From an uncultured Ruminococcus sp. (GTDB lineage: Bacteria > Bacillota > Clostridia > Oscillospirales > Acutalibacteraceae), in contig CACZSM010000261.1 in the NCBI GenBank assembly GCA_902783815.1, forward strand, positions 1 to 29,241: 29,241 bases of DNA. Reading direction: 5' to 3'. The translations under genes and the position numbers were made by a program. Each line of letters opens with the position of its first letter. Position 1 is the first letter of the stretch. The notes under the pieces were generated by a model that was not told the origin of the DNA, ran no database searches, and saw only the letters and a list, made by a program, of their open reading frames with translations. Of the stretch, positions 18,862 to 26,521 are shown one piece after another.

Positions 18862-19566
18862 TTATTCAACGATAGTTCCTACATTCTCTCCGCAGACGGC
18901 TGCAACGATATTATCCGGATTCTCCAGACTGAATACCATTATCGGCAGATTATTGTCCTTACATATTGCAGCTGCTGTACTATCCATTACTGCAAGGTCG
19001 TAATTCAGCACATCATGGAAAGATATCCTGTCAAATTTCTTTGCATCCGGATTTTTCTTCGGGTCGCTGTCATAAACGCCGTCAACCATTGTAGCCTTAA
19101 GGATTATATCAGCCTCGATTTCTGCAGCTCTGAGTGAAGCCGCTGTATCTGTTGAGAAGAACGGGTTGCCTGTTCCGCAGCCGAACACAAGGATCCTGCC
19201 CTTTTCGAGATGTCTTATAGCCCTGTTCCTGATATATGGCTCAGCGACCTGCTGCATTGAGATAGCGGTCTGAACACGAACCTCAAGACCAAGCTGTTCA
19301 AGCGCATCGCACACACCAAGAGCATTTATAACTGTTGCCAACATTCCCATATGGTCAGCCCTTGTTCTGTCCATCTTACCGCTTGAACGGCCTCTCCAGA
19401 AGTTACCGCCTCCGACAACTATTGCGACCTCTACGCCCATCTCATTCAGCTTTTTGATCGGCTGACAAAATCTGAGTACAGTATCGAAATCAATACCATG
19501 CTTTTGTTCTCCTGCAAGCGATTCACCGCTGAGTTTTAATAGAATTCTTTTATATTTAGGTTCCAT
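18862..19566 (-). CDS. pyrH: UMP kinase
   Basis: [41 protein letters not shown]. Start moved to ATG 19566 (GGAGAG SD). Confidence 0.97.
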   Translation of the reverse strand: MEPKYKRILLKLSGESLAGEQKHGIDFDTVLRFCQPIKKLNEMGVEVAIVVGGGNFWRGRSSGKMDRTRADHMGMLATVINALGVCDALEQLGLEVRVQTAISMQQVAEPYIRNRAIRHLEKGRILVFGCGTGNPFFSTDTAASLRAAEIEADIILKATMVDGVYDSDPKKNPDAKKFDRISFHDVLNYDLAVMDSTAAAICKDNNLPIMVFSLENPDNIVAAVCGENVGTIVE

Positions 19567-19606
19567 AACACACACTCTCCTGATTACATTTTTATATCAC
19601 ACATCT

Positions 19607-19635
19607 ATTTTACTATATCCTTCTCCTAAAGTAAA
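19607..19635 (-). promoter_or_regulatory. SigA-type promoter for the pyrH...engB operon
   Basis: TTTACT (19635-19630), 17 nt, TAAAAT (19612-19607). Confidence 0.55.
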
Positions 19636-19699
19636 GTACAATTTATCATTTTTTATTTTACAGTGATATTTTTTCAATTTCAGTATCAGACAGCAAACA

Positions 19700-20251
19700 T
19701 CAAATTTCTTTTGAGGACTTATTATCATCCATAAGCGGTGACAATACCACCTTCCCGTATTTTCTTGTCTGTTTCATATCAATTATTCTCTGATTTTCAG
19801 ATCCACGGAAGCTAAGTGATATATTTCTCAATTCTTCCACAAATCTACCGTCAACAAGTACATCTATGCTGTCAAGTATTTCATCTGTACAGCCGATATA
19901 TCTGCATCCGCCGGGTACAAGGTCCTTATCATATGTAAATCCTGTATATATCCATATATTCCTTTCCGGAAGTTCTTTTTTTACCCTGCGTATCAGGTTT
20001 GCCACCTCCGGCTGATTTGAGATCTCAAATGGTTCTCCGCCAAGCACTGTAAGACCGTCATAATAGCTTTTTCCAAGCTCATTTATTATAAAGTCCTCAG
20101 TTTCCTTAGTATATGGCTGTCCGTATTCAAAATCCCATGTCTGAGGCTGAAAACAGCCCTTACAATGATTCGTACATCCTGAAACAAACACACTTACCCT
20201 TAGTCCTGTTCCATTAGCGCAGTCTGTGGTAATTATCTCCCCTATGTACAC
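19700..20251 (-). CDS. nrdG: Anaerobic ribonucleoside-triphosphate reductase activating protein (radical SAM)
   Basis: NGTGLRVSVFVSGCTNHCKGC (CxxxCxxC), GGEPF, DVLVDGRF, RGSENQR. GTG start with GGAGG SD. Confidence 0.96.
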   Translation of the reverse strand: MYIGEIITTDCANGTGLRVSVFVSGCTNHCKGCFQPQTWDFEYGQPYTKETEDFIINELGKSYYDGLTVLGGEPFEISNQPEVANLIRRVKKELPERNIWIYTGFTYDKDLVPGGCRYIGCTDEILDSIDVLVDGRFVEELRNISLSFRGSENQRIIDMKQTRKYGKVVLSPLMDDNKSSKEI

Positions 20252-20266
20252 GATATTTCCTCCTTG

Positions 20267-20305
20267 TAAAAATATGCCCCAAACCGTATTCAGATCTGAG
20301 GCATA
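20267..20305 (-). terminator. Intrinsic-terminator-like hairpin between nrdD and nrdG
   Basis: Minus strand TATGCCTCAGATC-TGAATAC-GGTTTGGGGCATA-TTTTTT: 13 bp including three G-U pairs, then U6. Confidence 0.6.
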
Positions 20306-20314
20306 CCTTATATT

Positions 20315-22513
20315 TTATACTTTTGCAAATTGTGAATTGGAAAGGTGCATTACTCTTTCCTTTATCTCCTGTGTGCGTCCCTGATTCCAGAACTGCGTAC
20401 CGATATATCCGCAGGTCCTTCTGGCAACATTCATTTTATTCTGATCTCTGTTCTTGCAGGCAGGACACTCCCATACCAGCTTTCCATCGTCAGCCTTTAC
20501 TATCTGTATTTCTCCGCTGTATCCGCATACCTGGCAGTAATCGCTCTTTGTATTAAGCTCTGCATACATGATATTGTCATATATGAACTTTATTACCTGC
20601 ATGACTGCCGGTATATTATTCTGCATATCCGGTACCTCAACATACGAAATGGCTCCGCCTGGTGAAAGCGCCTGGAATTCAGACTCCAATTTCAGCTTGT
20701 CAAAAGCATTGATCTTCTCAGTTACATGAACATGATAGCTATTTGTAATATAATTCTTATCTGTAATTCCTTTTCTTATGCCGAAGCGCTTTTGCAGACA
20801 TTTTGCGAATTTATAAGTTGTGCTTTCAAGCGGAGTTCCATACAGGCTGTAGTCTATATTTTCAGCAGCCCTCCATTTTGCACAATATTCATTCAGCTTT
20901 CTCATTATCTGCAGTCCAAGCTCCTTGCCTTCCTCTTCGGTCAGCTTCTTGCCGATAAGACTATATACGCACTCCCAGAGTCCTGCATAGCCAAGTGACA
21001 ATGTGGAATATCCTCCGTAAAGCAGCTTATCAATAGGCTCGCCCTTCTTCAGATGTGATATCGCGCCATACTGCCATAGTATCGGCGCTGCATCAGACAG
21101 TGTTCCCTTAAGTCTTTCATGTCTGCATCTGAGCGCCCTGTGACAACGCTCCATTCTTTCGTCAAACATCTCCCAGAACTTCTCAAGACTCTTATCACCA
21201 CTGAGTCCGATATCAACAAGATTTACCGTAACAACACCCTGATTGAAGCGTCCGTAATACTTCGGGTTTCCGTCCTTATCAATATAAGGTGTCAGGAAGC
21301 TGCGGCATCCCATACAGGTATAGCAATGACCCTCGCCCTTCTTGTCGATCTTATTTTTCAGCATTACCTTTTCAGAAATATAGTCAGGCACCATTCTCTT
21401 TGCTGTACATTTTGCTGCAAGCTCTGTAAGATAGTAGTACGGATCGCCCTCATGGATATTATCCTCCTCAAGCACATATATGAGCTTCGGGAATGCCGGT
21501 GTTATCCATACTCCTGCTTCATTCTTTACGCCCGTAATGCGCTGACGGAGAGTTTCCTCTATTATCATTGAGAGATCCTTTTTCTCCCTCTCATCCTTTG
21601 CCTCGTTAAGATACATAAATACTGTAACAAAAGGAGCCTGTCCGTTTGTTGTCAGCAGAGTCACTACCTGGTACTGTATAGTCTGCACACCCTTTGTGAT
21701 CTCTTTTTTCAGTCTTTCCTCAACGATGCTGTCTATTTTATCCTGCGATACTTCTATGCCCATCTCTTCGATCTCAGCAAGAAATTCCTTTTTTATCTTT
21801 TCTCTTGATATCTGTACGAACGGCGCAAGGTGCGTAAGACTTATGCTCTGACCGCCGTACTGGTTGCTCGCAACCTGAGCTATTATCTGTGTTGCTATAT
21901 TACAGGCAGTTGAAAAGCTGTGCGGCTTTTCTATCAGTGTTTCACTTATTACTGTACCGTTCTGGAGCATATCCTCAAGGTTGACGAGATCGCAGTTGTG
22001 CATATGCTGGGCAAAATAATCCGCGTCATGGAAATGTATCAAGCCCTTTTCGTGCGCTTCTACTATATCCATTGGCAGCAGAAGTCTCCTTGTAAGATCC
22101 TTACTTACCTCACCTGCCATATAGTCACGCTGTACACTGTTGACTGTCGGGTTCTTATTTGAGTTTTCCTGCTTTGCTTCCTCATTATTACACTCTATAA
22201 GAGTCAGTATCTTATTATCAGTAGTATTTGACGAACGGATAAGGGATCTTGTATAGCGATAGCGCACATAATTCCTTGCAAGCTGGAATGCGCCCTTTGC
22301 CATGATCTGATTTTCTACCATATCCTGTATCTCTTCTACAGATACTGCTCTTCCCATCTTGGAGCATTTATACTCCACATACTCAGCGATATCAACTATC
22401 TGATCTTCGCTCAGTTTTCCGTTTTCAGTAGCCTTGTTTGCCTTTGTAATGGCATTTACGATCTTTTCAATATCAAATGGTTCTTCAGAGGAATTCCTCT
22501 TTATTATTCTCAT
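20315..22513 (-). CDS. nrdD: Anaerobic (class III) ribonucleoside-triphosphate reductase with N-terminal ATP-cone
   Basis: MRIIKRN..E.FD..KI ATP-cone, IHFHDAD, CMGCRSFL, Zn site CQVC/CPAC, glycyl-radical motif RRTCGYIG. Start moved to ATG 22513 (GGAGA SD). Confidence 0.97.
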   Translation of the reverse strand: MRIIKRNSSEEPFDIEKIVNAITKANKATENGKLSEDQIVDIAEYVEYKCSKMGRAVSVEEIQDMVENQIMAKGAFQLARNYVRYRYTRSLIRSSNTTDNKILTLIECNNEEAKQENSNKNPTVNSVQRDYMAGEVSKDLTRRLLLPMDIVEAHEKGLIHFHDADYFAQHMHNCDLVNLEDMLQNGTVISETLIEKPHSFSTACNIATQIIAQVASNQYGGQSISLTHLAPFVQISREKIKKEFLAEIEEMGIEVSQDKIDSIVEERLKKEITKGVQTIQYQVVTLLTTNGQAPFVTVFMYLNEAKDEREKKDLSMIIEETLRQRITGVKNEAGVWITPAFPKLIYVLEEDNIHEGDPYYYLTELAAKCTAKRMVPDYISEKVMLKNKIDKKGEGHCYTCMGCRSFLTPYIDKDGNPKYYGRFNQGVVTVNLVDIGLSGDKSLEKFWEMFDERMERCHRALRCRHERLKGTLSDAAPILWQYGAISHLKKGEPIDKLLYGGYSTLSLGYAGLWECVYSLIGKKLTEEEGKELGLQIMRKLNEYCAKWRAAENIDYSLYGTPLESTTYKFAKCLQKRFGIRKGITDKNYITNSYHVHVTEKINAFDKLKLESEFQALSPGGAISYVEVPDMQNNIPAVMQVIKFIYDNIMYAELNTKSDYCQVCGYSGEIQIVKADDGKLVWECPACKNRDQNKMNVARRTCGYIGTQFWNQGRTQEIKERVMHLSNSQFAKV

Positions 22514-22635
22514 TTCATCATCTCCGTTAAAATATTTTATCCTGTTTCTTATTTTTTTACTATAGGGAACCTCTATACATACTTTTCCAGTAACATCAGT
22601 TCTGCAATGCACAGGCAATCTCCTGCCCACACAGT

Positions 22636-22664
22636 ATTACATATTTTATATCATTTTTTGTCAA
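22636..22664 (-). promoter_or_regulatory. nrdD proximal promoter candidate
   Basis: TTGACA (22664-22659), 17 nt, TGTAAT (22641-22636). Confidence 0.55.
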
Positions 22665-22669
22665 TTGTC

Positions 22670-22685
22670 TGTTGCATTTACAACA
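22670..22685. promoter_or_regulatory. CRP/FNR-geometry palindrome TGTTG-N6-CAACA
   Basis: TGTTGCATTTACAACA; overlaps the -35 of the Crp-gene promoter. Confidence 0.4.
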
Positions 22686-22700
22686 ATTTTATGATATTAT
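22672..22700 (+). promoter_or_regulatory. Promoter candidate for the Crp/Fnr gene
   Basis: TTGCAT (22672-22677), 17 nt, TG-n-TATTAT (22695-22700). Confidence 0.5.
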
Positions 22701-22723
22701 ACTATATATAGCGTTTTATACAA
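22696..22723 (-). promoter_or_regulatory. nrdD distal promoter candidate
   Basis: TTGTAT (22723-22718), 16 nt, TATAAT (22701-22696); NrdR-like box 1 lies in the spacer. Confidence 0.45.
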
Positions 22724-22746
22724 ATTTCAAACACATTATATAGGAG
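22699..22746. promoter_or_regulatory. Tandem NrdR-box candidates (22699-22714 and 22731-22746)
   Basis: ATACTATATATAGCGT matches acaCwAtATaTwGtgt at 14/16; ACACATTATATAGGAG at 12/16. Starts are 32 bp apart, upstream of nrdD. Confidence 0.65.
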
Positions 22747-22754
22747 GTATGATG

Positions 22755-23387
22755 ATGAACAAACATAACATCCATTCGGAATTTTCCTATAGGGAAATAG
22801 AACAGATATGCCAGATCGCAGATGCAGACAGAATAATTTTCAAAAAAAATGATACCATGATCTCCGCCGCAGGCAATGAGAACCTTATCGGAATAATAGA
22901 AAAGGGATGCGCCTATCTTGTAAGCATAAACATAAGCGGAGAAACCGCAATTATAGATATATACGGGGAAGGCGATATCTTCGGAAAATCAATATTCCCG
23001 TATTATAATCTTAACCTGTATTATGTCTATGCCAAAAAACAGACAGTGGCATCCGTGTTTTCTGCAAATACTGTAAGGGATGCCTTTCTTTCAGGAAGTG
23101 AACTTATGATACGCTTCTATGAATATATGCTGAAAACAAGCAACTCTAAAATGATGCTGCACAATGATATACTGTCACAGAAAAGTATTCGTGAAAAGCT
23201 GATCGCGTATTTCCGCTGCGTATCATTTAACTGCGACAGAAAAGAGTTTACCCTGCCAATCTCACTTTCAGATCTCTCTGACTATATCGCCGTTGACCGC
23301 AGCGCTATGATGAGGGAAATACGAAAATTAAACAATGAGGGTATTATACTATCAAAGGGAACAAAAATAAATCTTTTACAGCAATAA
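22755..23387 (+). CDS. Crp/Fnr family transcriptional regulator
   Basis: N-terminal cNMP-binding-like barrel (IIEKGCAYLV...YGEGDIFG) and C-terminal HTH (REKLIAYF...LSDLSDYIAVDRSAMMREI). AGGAGG SD fits ATG 22755 best. Confidence 0.88.
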   Translation: MNKHNIHSEFSYREIEQICQIADADRIIFKKNDTMISAAGNENLIGIIEKGCAYLVSINISGETAIIDIYGEGDIFGKSIFPYYNLNLYYVYAKKQTVASVFSANTVRDAFLSGSELMIRFYEYMLKTSNSKMMLHNDILSQKSIREKLIAYFRCVSFNCDRKEFTLPISLSDLSDYIAVDRSAMMREIRKLNNEGIILSKGTKINLLQQ

Positions 23388-23448
23388 AATCCATTATTTC
23401 TTTCTTGTACTATAAATTGTACAAATATTCAAAAAGGAGTCATTTTTC

Positions 23449-24594
23449 ATGCAAAAACTGAGAAATAAAGCTATTCACTTCATAAAAACCGAAACTGTAC
23501 TCTGTATTTCATTCCTGCTTGCAGTTATATCATCCTTTTTTGTCCCGGTAAGCTCAGCGTACCTCGGATATATTGATTTCAGAGTCCTCGGAATACTGCT
23601 CGGACTGATGATAATTGTAAAAGGACTGTCAGATATTGGTATTTTTGACCTGCTTTGCTCATACCTGATAAGCAAAACAAAGGATACAACACAGCTTATG
23701 CTTGTGCTTGTACTATTATGCTTTTTTACTTCCATGTTTATAACTAACGATGTTGCACTTGTTACATTCGTGCCATTTGCTATCTTTTCTATGCAGCAGG
23801 CAAAATGTGAGGAAAAAACTGTGCTTACGATAATTTTGCAGACACTTGCCGCAAATCTTGGAAGTATGCTTACTCCCTCCGGAAATCCACAGAATCTTTA
23901 CCTTTTCAATTTGTCAGGTATGTCACTTGCGGAATTCCTCCTTATGATGCTGCCTTACAGCCTCTTTTCTCTCCTTCTGCTTACAGTTTGTATCCTGTTC
24001 TGCAAAAGGAAAAAAATTTCATCAGAAAAAAAGAATATCAAAAAACTCAGCCGTTCAGAAAGCATCAGATCAGTAATATATATGCTTCTGTTCATTGCCG
24101 GTATTCTTACCGTAAGCAAGGTCATACCCTGGCAGATATTTATTATTTCAGTGATCGTTATTATGCTCTTCTGCAATAAAAATGCTGTTATCCATGTTGA
24201 TTACTGTCTGATCTTCACTTTTATCTTTTTCTTCATACTGATAGGTAATATTGGAAATATAGAGCCTGTCAGAAACTTCCTGACAGGCTATGTAAACGGT
24301 AATGAAATTTTTATAAGCATTATTGCAAGCCAGATAATAAGCAATGTCCCGGCTGCACTTATGCTTTCAGGCTTTACCGATAACTATTCCTCTCTTATTA
24401 TCGGTACTGATCTGGGTGGTCTTGGTACTCTTATTGCTTCAATGGCAAGCCTTATCTCCTATAAGGCGGCTGCTGAAAAATATCCGGAAAAAAGAAAACA
24501 GTACATCCTTCACTTCACTCTCGCTAATATAGCTTTCCTTGCCTTGCTTGTGGCTTTTCATATCATTAAGGCTATGATAAGCTCTTCTCCATAA
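23449..24594 (+). CDS. Ion-transporter superfamily permease (CitMHS/ArsB-NhaD-like); substrate unknown
   Basis: About 11-12 hydrophobic segments with FITNDVAL, ANLGSMLTPSGNPQNLYL, ISNVPAA, LGGLGTLIASMASLI. AAAGGAG SD. Confidence 0.82.
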   Translation: MQKLRNKAIHFIKTETVLCISFLLAVISSFFVPVSSAYLGYIDFRVLGILLGLMIIVKGLSDIGIFDLLCSYLISKTKDTTQLMLVLVLLCFFTSMFITNDVALVTFVPFAIFSMQQAKCEEKTVLTIILQTLAANLGSMLTPSGNPQNLYLFNLSGMSLAEFLLMMLPYSLFSLLLLTVCILFCKRKKISSEKKNIKKLSRSESIRSVIYMLLFIAGILTVSKVIPWQIFIISVIVIMLFCNKNAVIHVDYCLIFTFIFFFILIGNIGNIEPVRNFLTGYVNGNEIFISIIASQIISNVPAALMLSGFTDNYSSLIIGTDLGGLGTLIASMASLISYKAAAEKYPEKRKQYILHFTLANIAFLALLVAFHIIKAMISSSP

Positions 24595-25303
24595 CAGGCA
24601 GTATGCCGCCTATATCCGTAAGAGGCGAATCCTCCTGGAATTCTAATTCTACACCATGTGCTTGTGCAAAATCCTTTATCGCATTGTAATCAGGATGCTC
24701 TGAGATATTTCCGCAGAACAGAAGTCTGTCCTTATCAATGAGTCCGCAGCATCCGCCGATAAATCCATATTGATAACCCTCAAGATGTATTTTACCGGGT
24801 GTTATCTCCAATACATCCATTCCGGCTCCGCTGCATATACGACAAATTGACTGGTCTGAAGAAATGATCGAATTACTGTCAATAACAACAGTTGAACATC
24901 GGGCATATCTTTGCTTGGTATGCAGAATATCATATCCGCGCTTCGTAAAATACTCTATTATCTTTTTTTCAGCCCTGTTAGTATCACATATCAGCCTCTT
25001 TCCGACTATACATACATTCAGAAGCGGATGATCTGCCAGGATAGTACCGGATATCCTGAAATCGCCGCCAAGTTTTACTATTTCCTTTCCAATAGCTGCT
25101 GAACCAGGACTGACAAAAAAACGATCCCTGCCTATATGACAGACTATCATATCCGCATGATATCTCTCCGAACCTTGAACCAGCTTCAGCGGATCCGGTA
25201 TGAGAATATTCATACCATATCTATTCTTCAACAGATCACAGAATTTTTTATCCCTGCCTGATACGATCACACAGGTAACTCTCTTCCTGGGCAGATTTGG
25301 CAT
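24572..25303 (-). CDS. Hypothetical protein, DUF6873-like (GME/pentein fold)
   Basis: PNLP, HADM, YARCS, D.SI, DVL.I.PG.I.L.GY.YGFIGG, F.GNI..HPD, DIGG match my recollection of DUF6873; not verified by HMM. True start may be upstream. Confidence 0.65.
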   Translation of the reverse strand: MPNLPRKRVTCVIVSGRDKKFCDLLKNRYGMNILIPDPLKLVQGSERYHADMIVCHIGRDRFFVSPGSAAIGKEIVKLGGDFRISGTILADHPLLNVCIVGKRLICDTNRAEKKIIEYFTKRGYDILHTKQRYARCSTVVIDSNSIISSDQSICRICSGAGMDVLEITPGKIHLEGYQYGFIGGCCGLIDKDRLLFCGNISEHPDYNAIKDFAQAHGVELEFQEDSPLTDIGGILPVMEKSLS

Positions 25304-25338
25304 TTCAACAAATTGCTCTTCCAGAATTATTCACCATC

Positions 25339-26520
25339 CTAATAAAATCTCAAGGCATCCACCGGTTTAAGAGATGCTGCTTTCCATGCAGGATATATCC
25401 CGAAAATTATCCCGGTTGCAAGAGAAAATGTTAACATTAGTACTATTATATCAACTTTTAATGCAATTGTCAATCCCAGCCACAAACTGCCAATAAAGGC
25501 AATTATTGCTCCTGTCACTATCCCAAGCAGACACCCTGTCAGACTTATAACTGCGGATTTCGTGAGAAATTCCAGAATAATACTTTTCTTTCCTGCTCCT
25601 ATAGCCTTCTTTATGCCTATCTCCCTTGTTTGCTCTGTAACAGAAACAAGCATAACATTCATTATATTCATTCCTGCAACTATGAGTGAAATTGATCCTA
25701 CGGCTGCCAATACTGCGGAAAAAATATCAAAAATATTATCAAGATTTTCCTTCTGCCTTGCAAGATTGTTTATAATATATCCATTATTTATATGATTAGT
25801 CTGTTCTATGCGTCTGATAATGTCCTTCTCAGCAGTATCATAATCAGTATCGTTTTTCGTCTTTATTATTATCTGAGAGAAATTATTGCTTGACAGATTT
25901 CCCTGCATCGTACTATATGGAATATATACAAAACTCGGTATCAGACCTCCCATCAGATTTTGCAGCAGACCACTTCCTGTCTTTATTATTCCTACAACAG
26001 TATATCTGTCAGTTGTATTTCCACTGTTTATTATAATTGTCTTACCAACAATGTTTTCAGTTCCATAATTCTCTCTTGCGAATTTCTGGTCAACCATACA
26101 TATCCTTGAACCTGATGCTATATCTCCGGTATTGAAAAATCTTCCGTATTGCAGACTCAGTGATATTGTCTTATCTGCTGTCTGATCTATGCCAAACAGA
26201 CATATATCCTTTTGTTCATCCTTCATATATACATTGGTAGTTTCAAATATAACAGGCATCGCATTGCTTACATAAGAAAGTCCTTGTATCCTTTTCAGCT
26301 CATTTATCGACAATGGTGCATTATCCTTCCGCTGACTTACTGATAATCCTCCCATGCCAAGACTGTCTATCTCTCCTGTAAGCGCCGCCTTACCCATATC
26401 TCCGATACAGGTCGTTACTATTACTGCCGCTACTCCGACTGCTATGCCGGATAGTGTGAGTATCATTCTGCCTTTATTTGCAAAAATATCCCTAAGAGAT
26501 TTTATTATCAATTCAAGCAT
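25339..26520 (-). CDS. MacB/FtsX-type ABC transporter permease (no fused ATPase)
   Basis: TM1 R..LT.SGIAVGVAAVI, large extracellular domain, NIMNVMLVSVTEQTREIGIKKAIGA, YPAWKAASLKPVDALR. ATG 26520 with AAGGAG SD, 1 nt after the upstream stop. Confidence 0.9.
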   Translation of the reverse strand: MLELIIKSLRDIFANKGRMILTLSGIAVGVAAVIVTTCIGDMGKAALTGEIDSLGMGGLSVSQRKDNAPLSINELKRIQGLSYVSNAMPVIFETTNVYMKDEQKDICLFGIDQTADKTISLSLQYGRFFNTGDIASGSRICMVDQKFARENYGTENIVGKTIIINSGNTTDRYTVVGIIKTGSGLLQNLMGGLIPSFVYIPYSTMQGNLSSNNFSQIIIKTKNDTDYDTAEKDIIRRIEQTNHINNGYIINNLARQKENLDNIFDIFSAVLAAVGSISLIVAGMNIMNVMLVSVTEQTREIGIKKAIGAGKKSIILEFLTKSAVISLTGCLLGIVTGAIIAFIGSLWLGLTIALKVDIIVLMLTFSLATGIIFGIYPAWKAASLKPVDALRFY

Positions 26521-26521
26521 A

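Noticed and set aside
8764-22513. Possible inteins or introns in polC or nrdD, both known insertion hosts
   Set aside because: Both are uninterrupted, of normal length, and lack intein (C...HN-C/S/T) or homing endonuclease signatures.
22514-22635. B12-box-like fragment GCAGGAGATTGCC and ACTGGAAAAG in the nrdD leader
   Set aside because: The elements are in the wrong order and the conserved GC-rich cobalamin riboswitch core (GGGAA...GCCCCC...ACTG) is absent; upstream is AT-rich promoter DNA. An Rfam cmscan would settle it.
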